Of a stretch of 64,000 bases of DNA, positions 40,501-54,886 are shown piece by piece (position 1 is the first letter of the stretch; each line of letters starts with the position of its first letter). Both the position numbers and the translations under genes were made by a program. The notes beneath the pieces were generated by a model. It searched no databases and was not told the DNA's origin. It saw only the letters and a program-made list of their open reading frames with translations. Source of the DNA: Paramecium tetraurelia (taxonomy: Eukaryota). The stretch is taken from contig CT868007.1 of assembly GCA_000165425.1 (NCBI GenBank), positions 1 through 64,000 of the forward strand. The letters are read 5' to 3'.

Positions 40501-43500
40501 TCAAACAGAACTGACATCGTTTTAACATTCCAAGTAGGACAATTCTTTATTATTAAAAAGTGATGCTCCCTTGGGAATATTGGCCTGTATATATGTATCA
40601 AACTCCTCGTTGTTCTTCAAACTTAATGTTTATGAAACCACTCCTTCTCTAATTTAATATTATAATAGATAGATACCCGTATAATTGTATGCTTAGTTTA
40701 GACCTATTATGAATGAAGATATTTTCATAGAATTCTACCATTTATTCCTTTGTGGTTGATTTCATTATCTCAATTGTGACATCTCTTTCCTCAAAAGAAT
40801 AGTCTCCAGAACTAATATATTCCCACAATCTATCTGCTTCTTCACTTAAAGTTTGTGGTTTTTCTCTTAATTCAATAATTGCACTACGTCTTAAACGATC
40901 AAATTGCTTTTTCTTCAATTTTTTAAGGTAAACATCAAATTTCAATATGAATTTTTCTATTAATTAATTAACCTTCATTGGCAATTCTTTATTACCTTAC
41001 ACTAAAAAGAAAGCACCATCAATGCAACTAATTTATTGGAATCGCATAAACACGACATATCCTAATTATAGATCAGTTCTTAGATAACTATATGCCTAAG
41101 AATAAAGCAGTGGTTAGAGTATCTTCATTAAAGCATAATTTTCTGAAGTTCTTTTCCCTATTTAATAATAGTTTAATATTGCTCCATTCAAATCACCTTT
41201 ATCTGATTCCACAAATTTGGCAAATACTAAATTTTTACCTTTCAAACTCAAAACAGAAATTGTTGGTTTTGATTATGATTATTCCACTTTTGAATTTCTG
41301 TCTTTAATACAATATTACAACTCAGAAGAAAAATCCTAAGCATTCTTTTGATCCAGATTACCAATCAAAAGTGAACTTTATATAGAATTTTAGAGTACTT
41401 CCTTAATATCTGAAATCATTTATTCCTCAGTAATTTTAGGAATTTATTATAAGACTTATTCTGGATTAAAAATGTCCCTTCTTAAAATTTAAGGCAGGTA
41501 TAATGAAATCGATTAATCAAATAATTTCATTTAGAATTTATCCTTTATAGAGGTTATAAGAGATTACTTGGCTCTAATGAAATTTTGAGATTCCTATTAA
41601 GTTTCATCAAGTTCAATCAAAGTAGAGGATTAATCCTTGAATGGATTCATGCATCCGCAAATTTTCTTGAAGAAACTTCTAATTTTTTCACTAAATCCGT
41701 ACGCCTTGAGTTCTATTTACTTACCCATCCCCAATTCTACTGTGTATCCAGATGCCAAGGGCAGCCTAAGTTAATTGTTGATTTCTTCGTCTGAAATAAA
41801 TTTATAAATTCTAACTGAGGTGTATTGCCTTATTGTTAATGGGTTAGCGAATTATATGGATATTGCTCCATAAACAGTAGGCATCTTATATAAAGTGGAA
41901 AACTTCCACCATTGATTGTTCTCTTTACTTAATAAGATAGGATAATGATTGTTCTTTTGATATCTATGTTCCTCCTTTTTGCATTGATCTTCAGGGTATT
42001 CTTGCAAATCTTATCCAGCATGTAGCAATAAGTTCAACTTTCCCTCCTTATCCAAAGGTTTCAACTGGTCAGAATTAACCAAAAGAGGTAATTTCAACTT
42101 ATTTGATTCACATAATGATACTAATTTTAAGTCATCTGGAATGAATAGGTTCTCTTGTGGTTTTGTGAATAGTTGTTATAATTTGATATCTTTTTGTGTA
42201 ATGAATTGAATGGAATCTTGAGTCATCTTCTGAGTTGCATATTCTAAACGATAGATCTCACTCCTTTTGTCCAATCTCTTGTCCTTTAAGAATTCCTAAT
42301 TACTTTATTTCAAAGTGTTATCTGTTAACTAGTACTCATCATCTCCAATTAAGATTAATAAGTTATCAGTTCTCTTCAACTCAGAAATATATTTGAATAT
42401 AAGATCCTTATCGAATACATCCATGATGAAACTAGACGAGAGTACTTCTGCAGGTTCATATCTATTCAAATTGTGGGCAATACTCGATATTTCTTAAGGT
42501 CCTTCCTTATATTCGAAACTGATTTTGGAAATTTAGCTTTGCTCTTTAAATATCTCTTCCAAATATCTCTCATCCTTTAACCACTCCTCTAATTATTGAA
42601 TATAGTTATTAATAACTCTCGAAATTTCAAGAGCAATGTTACCATCTTCCAATTAATGTTCAGGTAATGTTAATTGTATTATGTAATTGACAAAATAATC
42701 CTATTCCAAGAAAATAGAGGATTCAAATTCAATCGCCAATTATTTCTCCTTTAAATAATCTTTCAGATTACCATTATTCAATAAGTAGTCTATTAATTCT
42801 AAAGGCTTCTAATGCGCAATTTATTATCTTCCACTTAATTACCAATTCAAAAAAACCAACTTCTTTTCAGTTTTGTATTTACCCAACAATCCAAATTAAT
42901 ATGGAAATCCACTAAAAGATTAAGGGGTCAAATTTTTGTTCTCTATCTTTGAGAAAACCTTGATCAACTTCTCCATTTAATTTAATGACAATCTACTTGA
43001 GACTGCCAAACTCATTATATTAGATGAATAATTGTCCTTGTAAAACTTCTTCAGTGCTTCCACTACCCCGTCTTTGGCCAAAACTTCGTTGTTACCTATA
43101 CTAAACCTACTCGCTGGGTGGTTAGGATCTGCCAAAAGTGCAAAAAGATTGATAACTTTCCATTCCTCACTGCTTACATCAATTTCGTATTCTGAATTAA
43201 CAGCATTTCGTTCCTTATTCACAGCATCCTCGTTAAATAGTGGATCAATAAAGAAATGAGCAAATACATCCAAAGCCTTACCCAAATTATTCACTGTTAT
43301 TTCAAAATAATAGTTTGTGTTTTAATCATCTGTGTATGCATTTGCTATACCTCCGCCCTTTGCCATTAAATCTTCAAAGAACTCAGTCTAGGGATATTTT
43401 TCAGATCCAATAAATAACATGTGCTCACAAAAATGAGCCAATCCAGGATATTCATCTGGTTCATTCAAGATCCTGCCTTCACATCCATAGCAGCTGATGC

Positions 43501-43900
43501 CATTTCAGATTCAGCATCGTGAATTAAGAGCACTTTCAAATGATTCTCCAATTCTAAATATCTATATTATCTATGATCAATGATAGGCTTAATCACCTTA
43601 ACCTTATCAATATGCTACCCTTGAAGTGGCTCGAGTGTCCCTGTTTAAGTTGCTGATACTTAATTCCTCTCTGGGATTTAAGCTTTAATTACATGTGCTG
43701 CAGAAACGTATTAAAAAGGTTGATCCAATTATAATAATCCTATTAGATCGCAAATGGAAATAGTAAGAAGTATGAAAAAAACTAGACATAAGATAAAATT
43801 AATGAATTACAAGTAGAGTTTAATTTGACTTTCTCCATTGCTTTTTGTCTTAGTTTTTATATTATAATTATTAACAATTTATTTTTATTTTCTATTTCTG
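40501..43900 (-). CDS. Insulysin/pitrilysin-family (M16A) metallopeptidase; apparent 1-nt deletion at ~43466; start uncertain
   Basis: [18 protein letters not shown] (HxxEH), [25 protein letters not shown]; hydrophobic stretch near the N-terminus. Confidence 0.9.
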
Positions 43901-44027
43901 ATCAGTTTGTTGCTTTGTAATTGATAGTACAAGCCTAAATCTATTTATTAAATTGATATATAATTTACACAAGTTAATATATATAATTTTAGTTAAAATT
44001 AGATGTAACATATAAATTTATTATATT

Positions 44028-45897
44028 TCATCTCTTTGAATGTATTTTAAATACATATTATTGTTTATGCATATGCTATTTAGAATAAAGCAGCTGATAC
44101 AAGTATCTGATCTAAACAATTATTAATATTATGAATCTTATAGTATTAGCTTAAGACAAAATTTGCTTAAATCAGAGCATCCACTGAAACCTTTTTACAA
44201 AGCTTAAAATAAGAGTTCTATACTTTTTTTCTTTATATTTGGCCAATACTTCATTGTTTAATCTATACACAACTCTTAAAAATTCATATGATGGAATTTA
44301 ATATAAGTTATTTCTATTGAACAATAGTAATTATTTTTAAAGCCAAGATATATGCTGAATCAAAAGCATTTTAGATATTCTAATTAAAATTTTTATTTAA
44401 TAAGTAAATTTAATTCTCATTTATTCTATAAACTGTTTTTACTTTATAAAATCTTACTAATCTTAATTGTCATTATCTGTTGTTAATTAATAAGTAGTTT
44501 TTTCCTTTAAAATGCAGGGCTATTTACTTTAGTAATTTTCACTAATTAATATCAAATAATGATAATACCATCTGCATGCACATATTTATGGACATTGTCA
44601 TTTATTGAATTATTTAAAATAGTCTAATGCAATTCTTTCTCTGAGGGTTGGTTTTGCAACTTTTTGAGTTTTTCGTCATTCTTTTTTTGGAGATGATCCA
44701 GCCATGAAGTTGGTTGGGTGATCGAATCTTTTGAATTTTGTTTGTTGTGATTCAACCCTTTCTTAGATCTTTGAGTGGATTAGGAATCCTAATTAATTAT
44801 TTATTATTTTTTGGGTGTTTATGTTTTTGGTTTTTAAAGCAATTAAACCATTCCTTTTTAGAATATTTCATTTTTTATGATAATCTAATTATTATTAGTG
44901 TTGTTAATGATGTGATTGACTACTTTGCTGTCTTAAATATTCTCATGACTCTAAGCACTGTGATAGCTCCCTTAAGATCTATACTAAGTAGCAGCTCTAA
45001 GACTACTCAATTGGCCTTGCAATAATTAGATCTGTTTTTCCTTTATTTCTAACAAGTATAACACACTAAAATACATAGCATCGCATTCATTTGTGAAGTA
45101 TTGTTCTAATCCATGAATCCCTTAATCCTTGCTTCTAAAACTATATTAAAGTCTTCTTACTTAATTCCTTTTCTTGACTCTCCTTTAACTCCTACAATTG
45201 TCCTTCTAACAAAATATTTTTGGCCTACAATTCAGAAATTTCCTACAGTCTTCCATCCATTTGCTCGTAAGCTGCCTTTTCTATTTCTGTCAATTCCTAT
45301 ATTCTCTCATTTTAGGCCAGAATTATATCTAAATTTCAGATATTAAATTTACCATTTAATTCTTGATTTTTTTTTCTTTCTACATCCAAGCTTAATTCAA
45401 ATTGTTGGCATTTTTGCATCAAGTCTTCATATGATACTAAATTATTTAGATTTTTCAATTCTGGAGGTTTGAGGTAATGAATTGCATCTATCTCAATCTA
45501 AGATTTCACTTGTTATGGATCTTTGATCTCTTGTGAATTGTTTTCGATTTCATCTTCGTCTGAAACTGTGTAATTAGAAATTCCACTTCTAAATAAAGAG
45601 CCATATTGTTGATTCGAAGTAGGTCTAGCATTTCCGGATGAACTAATCATTTTGCTTGCTATAATCCTAGCATCGCATATGGTACCTTTCTGAGATTTAA
45701 CATTGCAGCTTCCAAAGATTGAATCCACTAGTTAAGATTACGTCTCCTCTACGTTTAGTGGATTATGCAATTCATCATAATCTAGCTTATTGTCTAGGTC
45801 TGTCAAGTAGGCATTTTCCCTGATGATCTTTTGTATCACTAAATACAATTTATTGATTACAAATTGTTGGATCCACATTCAGAGTCTTTTCTGACAT
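44028..45897 (-). CDS. Hypothetical coiled-coil protein
   Basis: MSEKTLNVDPT, 22-nt intron, long open code-6 frame. Confidence 0.7.
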
Positions 45898-45990
45898 TAG
45901 ATAGCAAAGTTAGTGAAATATAAATAAAATTTAATACACTAATTAATATGTTAAATATAGCTAATAGTTAATTGAATAAATGAAAAATAG

Positions 45991-46581
45991 TCAACTCTCC
46001 ACTTTCAAATTAGAAAGCTGCTCCTTAAGTTTGATATTCTCCTACTCATATCTCGTGATCTATTCTTTATACTATTGTAAAGTCAAGGTTGATCTCAATA
46101 ATAGATCTTAAAGTGCTTTAATTGTTTATTTATCTTTTTGAGTTGAATTTAATTAATGAGAAAGTTCAAGCGACTTTTTTGGTGCAAAAATCTTCATGGA
46201 GTTGTGAATTCTCCTTTTGATGTTGCTTTGATTAGTGGTCATCATATATTTATTATCTGCTTTTACATTTGTTTAAGAGGAATGCTGGGTAGTTCCATTA
46301 TAGACATTTTGAGAGCAACTATCAATGCTACTGATTTGTTATTGTGACTTTTATTTAATGAATTATGCGTAAGGACTTGTTTTCAGTAATTTTTATAGTC
46401 CCAATTAGATGTTAGCATTTGAATGGTTACTTTTATTTTGATTTGGAGTGATAATATCGAGTTGAAGGAGATTTAGTTTACTTGACAATGAATATTATTT
46501 TGGATTTATTTCCAGTGGACTAAAAGGTTTTCTTTTCGAGTTCTCCACTAAGGATTGCTCTACTTGGAGTGGGATAATCAT
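45991..46581 (-). CDS. Hypothetical protein with C-terminal coiled coil
   Basis: MIIPLQVEQS...ENIKLKEQLSNLKVES-TGA. Confidence 0.65.
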
Positions 46582-47111
46582 TTTATTTATAAATTATTAT
46601 TTAATACAAATCTCTAGATAAATAAATATTTAGTCAGAAGTATGCTATCTAAATAGAAATTATAAATAAAACAATAATTCATTAATTTTATTTAATGTTC
46701 TCCATTGTTCCAGCTACTATTTTAATTCCTCTTTGAAATTAGTTTATCTATCAATTGCTATTATTAAAAGTAAACTATTCTAAGCCACTTAGAGTAAATC
46801 AAAAAAAATTATGCTTTAAAAAACTTATAAGAATTTTTAGACTATTTCACTTATGATTCTTCTTTAATGGTTCCTAACTCAATTCATTATTTTCAGCGAT
46901 GTGATAATTATTGATTAGTATTAGTATCAATTGACATGATAGCTTCAAGAAAAGAAAAATTTACTTTTTCAGCAGAGTTTTTATTTTCAGAATTGACTTT
47001 TATTTATTTTAGAATGCTACATTAACATTCATATTGAAATGAACTATAGCTAAATAAATTATACTATCCATTTTATATTGAATAAAAATAGTATAATTGA
47101 TCATATTTTTG

Positions 47112-49187
47112 TCATGCTCTATATGTTTTCTTTCTGTTTGGTTAGGTCATTCTTAAGATTTGAAAACTTCTTAGTAGCCTTCTGATAATATTCTACTCTA
47201 TCTTGAACGGCTTGAATCATATAAGTAGTTTCTGTATGCATTTAATCAATTTTTTCGATCAATTACTTTTACCACAAATCAGCTAGTTAATCAATTAGGT
47301 TGTTCATGCTTTTGGCATTTTCAAACATTACAGTTTCTCTAGAATTGGATTCTCTTTGTAGATTCATAATATCTCCTAATTAAGTGTTGGTCTACAAAAA
47401 TATTTATAATTGATTTTTATCAGTATCTATGATATCGTTGCTATCTTCTGACTTTTATAATTATTCTATTATTTTTTTAATTTTGTTAATCTTCCTTTAA
47501 TAGTCTTACATAACCTCATAAATTGATCTGTTCAAAATGGTAGCATCCTCAACAAAAGGCTTTACTTCTTTAATTCTTTTGTCTACCTATTACTTGACTT
47601 CTGAGAGCAATTACGGGTAATCCTACAACATTTATAAATAAGTTGTTCTATCCAAACTAAACAGTTATGTATTTTTACTGCATATTGCAGTTCCTATCCT
47701 TCTCACATCATAAATTGCCTCCAACAACCCTAGAGTATCGCCTTCTCTATAAACGGATATTGTAGAACCATCAGCAGCTCTAGTAGTGATTTCTCCGATT
47801 GAAACGAAATAGATCTCTTCGGCATAATCATCAGTGGAAAATAAAATATCCCCTTAAGCCCAATTCAATGGAGATATCTTAGGAATCACATCCATAATTA
47901 ATTCGATATCCTTGTCTTATAGAAATTTAATTTTTTCAATAACATGAGCATAGATGCATAATTACACTGACGATCTTAAACAGGTAGGCAACTATTTGAT
48001 TAAGGGTTTAGTTTGCAAAATGATCTACTACCTAGAATTCTCAACCTATTGGGATTCGAGTTGTCTCTTAATCAATGAAAACACTAAAATGAATAATTAA
48101 ATTACAATAATCCGGAATCTTTATTTTGTTTTGAATCACATTCAATCTCATAATCTTATTCTTCGCTGACTTCTCTGAATCTCCAACTGCTCCTTAAAGA
48201 TTCGAAATCATAAAGGAAAAGAATGCACTCCCTACTCCCATCCAGAATATGGCATACAACTTCTCCCAATCAGTCTACGGAGACACATCTCCAAAACCCA
48301 CTGTAGTTAGTGTTTGCAATGCCCAATGAAATGATCGAATGTAGAGTGTTGCCTCATCTGCTTCCTCCAATCCTAAATTAGTTACCCATGTAACTGAATC
48401 GGTTTCAATTTTAGTGATTAAGTAATAAAAACAACTACTCAAATGTAAAAATAGCAATGACATTCCCATTATTTTGATCATTCTTTTTATACTTGCATCC
48501 AACTTAATACAAGATTTAATTAATTTTGAAAACATAGAGGATCTATTTGTTTATTGGAATCGAACTATTCTGAATAACTTTACCACCTTCAACAGTCTAT
48601 ATAAACGAGGCAGTCTCGTCAATCTTAGTAATTGAGTGTATGAACCCTTCTGACCTCCTTGTGTTTAGGTAGTTTGAGTTTATGGATCTGGCTGGAATAT
48701 TTAATCAAAAGGAATCCTTAGATTTAATATCAATTTAATACACTGAAGCAACATCCAATAGAAACCAGGTCTTCAAGTAATTCATTACAATATATTTGTT
48801 GCTTGTAACTAAAACATTATCAGCATCCTAATAGGCAGTAAAGAAATTAATAACAATGTCCGCCATGAATACATAATTGAAGACCTCGTCTATTGTATTC
48901 CAAACATCGCTTGAAGAATCTTGAAATGCTAAACGAAACGGTAAAATTGTGCATGTATAAAGCATCAGAAGAATTATCATAAAATCCCATAATCCCTTAA
49001 ACTTTGAGTCAGGATAAATCACCCATTTATTAATTTGGGTGGCCTCCACAAAATCGTTGTCGTCTCTCACTCCATAGTAATTTTAAAGAGTTATTCTTTT
49101 CATAGCATTTATTCGTGCTATCACTTTCACTTTCTTTCTTGCTATAGCCCATAGCTTTTTGCCAGGACGAGTGACTTATTCTTCCAT
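47112..49187 (-). CDS. EAG/CNBD-family potassium channel
   Basis: IYPDSKFKGLWD, S4 LLRLTRLPRLYRL, pore TLTTVGFGD, cyclic-nucleotide-binding domain EEIYFV..GDTLG..RRIGTA. Confidence 0.95.
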
Positions 49188-49513
49188 CCTAAGAAATTTT
49201 TATATTTAATAATAATTTTTTCTTTCTAGTATAACTAATATTGAATCTCAAATGAATTCCTCATTTTTAATACACAATTCTAATTTTAATATACTATCTA
49301 ACAATCTCTTAGAAACCATAATAGTTCTTTTATAAATCATATTATGTTTAAAAGATAAAAATAGATCATAACTTTTTAGTATAAAAAATCAAAATGAAGA
49401 GTACTTTTTAAATAAATGATAATGTCTTGAAAAGATCATAAATTATTGCAAAAAGAGAATGATTATTTATAGTTCATGAATAAATCAAATTCTAAAATAT
49501 TTATAAATACACT

Positions 49514-50641
49514 TCAATCACCTTTATCAGTTTTACGAAATTTCTTACTCCTTTGTTTTACATAGGCGTATTTTTCAAACTCCTTCACTGCTTGAACATA
49601 GGACGGTTTGCATTAATCCTAGTCAACCAATTCAAATTTGACCTATCTAAGAAGTTTAGAGTAACCATCAATAGCTGCCATAGCTTATTATTATTGAGGA
49701 TACGGTGGTTAAACCATTTTATTCAAAAATTCGAAATCTTATTGTTTCCATACCTACAGTTTAATAGAAGGTAAATTCAAAAATAAACTGTATCTCAATC
49801 CATAAAGGACTGTCAACAACCCAAGAATGTAGGGTTTTTAATGTCCCACATATAATCCTAAACTCTTTAAGCTTTTACCAGAAACATAATTTATTAAATT
49901 AATTCCAATAGATGAATGAAAATGTAATGTACAAAAGGAAGAGCATTAAATCGCATAGGATTCTTCTGGGTTAATATTATTGATGGCTGGATATTTCTCA
50001 ATGTAAAATTTGGGGAAAAAATAAGAATACTACTAATCCAATTATTATAGTTTTCCAAGATTAGAAAAATTAAGTTAACTTTCTTCTTTCTCCAATTCTG
50101 CTTCAGTTTTATTATTATCTTAAGAAGTGGGTGTGTCAGTATTTGCGATCAACTTCCTTTTCATCTCTATAGTTTCAAGTATCTCCCTTATATAACTAAG
50201 TGCTGATTTAGGGTCTTAGAATTTTCCTAATTGATCTTCTGATGTTGAATTCTTTTGAGCTGTGATCTATGTAAAATACATTCTTGGCAAATCATACGAG
50301 TTTTTGTTCCATAAAACATAAATGTAAGTGAGTCTCCTTAGGTTAATAGAAATTCCATCTTGATTTTCATTATCAGAAAATGTCTTGCAAGATTTGATTT
50401 TTTCTTCGTATTTCATTAGTTTTTTAGAAATTTCATAGTCCATCTCTAACTTTTCAAAAGCCTCTTTATTCTAACAAGATTGGACATTTGATGCAAATCT
50501 TTTGGCTTAATTCTCGTCATAAAAAAAGAATTTCTTCTGATTGGGATTCTTATCCAGATTAATCTAAGTATATTTTTCTGTTTTGTAGAATGAAGTCTAC
50601 ATGTTTTCTTATACTAATACAAAATATTTTCTAGCCTTCAT
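49514..50641 (-). CDS. Hypothetical protein
   Basis: Code-6 frame with short introns ending KKFRKTDKGD-TGA. Confidence 0.6.
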
Positions 50642-50690
50642 TATAATTTAAAATAATAACAATAAATATTTCATTATAAAATTACTCCCC

Positions 50691-52130
50691 TCAACCCTCA
50701 TCTTCTTCATGTTAACGATAATCCTCTGCCTCAGCCTCTGCTCCAGTATCATCTTCATCCCCGCCTTCCAAATCATTTGGATCAATTCCGAATAGATGCA
50801 AATTTTACTAAATAGCAAATATATATTTACACTAAATAATTCTCTGAATTGATTATTCTCACTCACTAACTTTTCGTTTTCATCTACCATTACTTGTTTT
50901 TCATCTAACATATGTTGATATAACTATTTAAAATTATCTATCAATTCTTCAAGTTTCTCTATTTCTTAACCTTTTTATTCCAATTAAACCTTTAATTCTT
51001 CAATTTCTGCTACCTATCCATCATTTTATTTTCCTCCTTAATTTTTCTCCTGTAATTATAGCTACATTTCCTCGATTAATTGATCTCTCTAATTAATATC
51101 ATTGCCCATTTCTCCCATTTTGGCTTGAATGTCTTCAAAGTTATAATTTTAGAATTCTTATGCTATTTCTTCAATTTAATCCTACTTTTCTTATGCTACC
51201 TATTGTAATTACTTCAGCTATTGTTCATACTACTTCTTTTGCTAGTCTAATTTCTTAGTTGCCTATTAATCGGTACTTTTTAATTGTTCTTTTAATTGTT
51301 TAACCTTGTGAAAATATGTTGAAACTATACATCCTCAGACAATTATTCAGTTTTCCTCTTATCTTCAGCGTACTCCTTCTTTAGATCACTGATCTTCTTT
51401 TCCAAATCCTTTTGATTTTATTGTCTAATAATCGATATAATTGAACATAAGTATACATTCTTTTCTCCACTTCTTTATTGATGTTTTACAGTTAATCTTT
51501 GGTTTACTGCAAATCGCTCTTCAATTTTTGATTAATTTCCTTTTCCTTTTTGATTTATTCGACCAACTCCTTGGAGGAATCCTATAAACTCAAGATATGA
51601 ATTACAGAAAGGATATCTTAATTTTCTTATTTTCCAACTTAATTATTTTTTACTTTAGTTTGCTATTAGACTATTTCAAATTTATTTTATTATTCCAATT
51701 TAGACACTTCTTTGTTTTAAGCAGAAAAAGGTTTATTTTATTGTAAATTCTTGGTTTCCAAATCAGTTCTTCCTGCTTTTTGAGAAGCTGTAAATTATTG
51801 AGTTGAGTTTGAAATTTATGGTTATTGGTATTGTAATAGTGATTATTTCGGCTTTTATTATAATTCAGGTTTGCTCTACAAATGAATATTTTGTATTGAT
51901 TTTTACTTATGTTTATTGATCTCGAGTACTCGATTAACCCTTTAGATACATCTCTATTTTATGGCATATTATTGGATACCTTGATACGGTATGATTTCTT
52001 TTTTATGTTGACGTTCCATAGGACCTCTTTTGGAGTGGACTTGTGTATCGCAGGCATAACATATACGATAGAGTTATCCAGGCTGACAATCTGAGCACTT
52101 GATAGTGGCAGGTTTTTAATTGCATGTCAT
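50691..52130 (-). CDS. Coiled-coil protein with acidic C-terminus
   Basis: MTCNQKPA...; Q/E/K heptads; ends EHEEDEG-TGA. Confidence 0.75.
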
Positions 52131-52247
52131 ACATTTGACAAAAAGCGAACTCATAATTTGAAATGAAGTTATAATTAAATATTATTAAGAAATTGAATTT
52201 GTGAGAATATTATAAATAAAACACACAAAAAGGAGGGGTACAAAATA

Positions 52248-53379
52248 TCACTTTTTAATTATGGTTGAATAATTTTGATTGGAGGAATTGCAAATCGTGA
52301 AAGAACAATTAGATTTAGGAGATGTACTTCTTAATATCTTTCTTGAGAAGGGACTTATTCTAATTTAATTAATCTTCTTGTCCTCCTCCTCTCTCAGTTT
52401 CTTTTAGAACTATTTGTATTGCAATTCTTCCTGATAGAATTTCTACCTTTCTAATAAACTTGCATTATTGTATTTCTTCTGCACAATATACCTCGATCCC
52501 TCATGAATTTCAGGAGAATGACTAAACTGTTCCTACTCACCTAGTTCCTACTCCATTTACAGTTTCTATTTGAAGATCTTCTCCTCAGTCTGTCTCAACC
52601 TAAAATAGAGTCGCATTCAATCTTACCATTTCTTCTAAGAATCATACCATTGTTCGAATCCCTTCTTAGGTTTCTCAGCAGGAACTACATTTTTCTTCTC
52701 TTAGGGTTTATTGATTTTAGTATTTTCTTCTGTCTTCATTACTTGACGAGGCTTGTCTGCAGGTTTGTTTGTAAAAGAAGACAAATTATATTGTTTTGAT
52801 TTGTTCTCAAAATCCTTCTTCAGCCATGAGTTATAGGGAGAGGGCGAGAGGACACCCACATAATGTTTTATTTATTCTGGAGTTCTTGCTGACTTTTGTT
52901 CGCATGTTGAAATATTAGAAGGAGATTTCTTATTATTCAAGTTGCTTTGAATCTTATTGCAATAGGATTTCGTTGTGGTTACATTGGCAACTTTCTTTTT
53001 TGGAGTTTTGGGCAAGTAATTCTGTTTGAAGAGGTAATTTCCTTTTAAATTTGTCTTGCTGGTTTTGGATGGAAATTGATAATTGGATGAAATTTATGAT
53101 CGTTCGCTCGCTAAATCATGGCTTTTATTCAATTATAACAGATTAGCTGCATTGTTACCCTTATCTCTAATCTTCTTGTCCATTGGATATGGAATTGGGG
53201 ATATTAAGTTATAATCGTAATCTTTATTCTGAATATGCTGCAATAATTGTTCTTTGAATTGCAACTACTATTCTTTTAATTGTTAAACTAAGTTGTATGA
53301 ACTTGATACTTTGCTAATTGCGTTGTTCAAAGATCTCTATATCAGAATCATAGTCCTCATTGATTATCATTGTTGACAT
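52248..53379 (-). CDS. Hypothetical protein
   Basis: Open code-6 frame MSTMIINED...; WYDSQKKW segment with an intron. Confidence 0.65.
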
Positions 53380-53424
53380 CCAATAAAATTTATTTATTAT
53401 AAATATATATATAATTAGAATATT

Positions 53425-54060
53425 TCAATTAAAGTAAGAGTCTTGCAAAAAGTTATTGACTTGTTACTGCAAAAACTGCTTATATTGGGTGAGCCTTTAC
53501 TTTTTGTAAGGTGTTGCCGATCTCTATTGGAAATAGGAAGAGTCTTGGAGGTTATCTTTGACTTTGCTAAGCGATCGAATTCTAATTGCGAAACTTTCAG
53601 TAGATAACATAGATTTTTAGGTTTTACTATTGGCTCAGCTTAATAAAATGATACATTAATGCTTGGTGTAGAAAGCTGGCATTTTGGCCACTATATTGGA
53701 TTGATTGTCAATTGAGATATTCATCGATCTATCTTTTTTTACTGTTGTCATTATTCTTTAGATTTTCTCCTATGTAATTTGAGGGATTTGATCGGTGCAT
53801 GTCGGCAACGGACTGCGATCTCTTTTCTCCCTGGGGTAGTTGTATATCTTCATCTTATCGCAGTTTCTGAGAGGTATGGAGTGGACGATGTAACCTTCTT
53901 GGATGAGGGACTTAGGGTTTGGATGGATGGAATGAATGAACTAGGTTCTCCTGACTTGAACATTCTAGAGTATGTCTATGTTGAATAAGTTGCGTATCCT
54001 TTGTTCTGCGATGTCGACTTTGTGTTCTTTGCCAATTCTGTGATTCAATTATTAATTCAT
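53425..54060 (-). CDS. Hypothetical basic low-complexity protein
   Basis: Open code-6 frame from MNQQLNHR to DSYFN-TGA. Confidence 0.55.
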
Positions 54061-54117
54061 ATATTATTATAATATGATATAATAATTATATATTGATTTA
54101 TGAATATAACAATACAC

Positions 54118-54833
54118 TCATTAAATCATGGTTGTTTGCTTAAATTATACTAATAAGTTTTAAATACCTAGAGCTTTGTGACGATATTGAGGGTTTGGAT
54201 CTGCTCTCGCTGGAGGAAGGTGATCTTCTGTTCGGTTTCTTCTGTTGCTTCTACTATTATCTATATCTTCTCCTGGATCTGGAGGATTCAGAAGACTTGG
54301 AGGAGGAGGACGAAGATCTTCTTCGCTTCCTGTCCTTGTCTCGACGACTACATAAATACAATTGAGATTTTACTTTCTTCTCTCCGAAGGCGTTCTTGAT
54401 TTTGGACAATCCTTGCGTACATGTCCCTTTTTAAAGCAACGATAACACGTGTCTCGCAAGTCCCCTGGTGAAATGGGATAAGTGCATACCTTCTTTGCAT
54501 TCGTTTGCCCAATGTCCTTTGCGGCCGCAGTTGAAACATACGTCTCTGGATGTGGGTCCTCTTGCACCTTACGGTCGATCATCTTTTCAATTTCATCCAT
54601 CTCTTTTTTCTACCTCTTGGTTTGACTGTGATACGATCACTGCCTTCATTCAATCGTTTGTTGTCCATTTTTGAAATGGCTGCCTTGGCATCATCTCCAT
54701 TCTCAAACTCAACAAAAGCATGAGTGTTTCGTAAATCAATGTCCTTGATTTTGCCGAACTTCTCAAACTCTTATTGAAGGTGCTCTCTTCGGATCCTGGA
54801 ACTCAGACGCCCAACATAAACTTATCGACTCAT
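54118..54833 (-). CDS. SR splicing factor: RRM, two CCHC zinc knuckles, RS domain; 3' end approximate
   Basis: VYVGRL..HAFVEFE; CFNCGRKGHWANEC; CYRCFKKGHVRKDC; R/S-rich tail. Confidence 0.92.
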
Positions 54834-54886
54834 ATTTAATTTATTAATTAATATATGCCGATGTTTTAAATTAATAATCGTAAATC

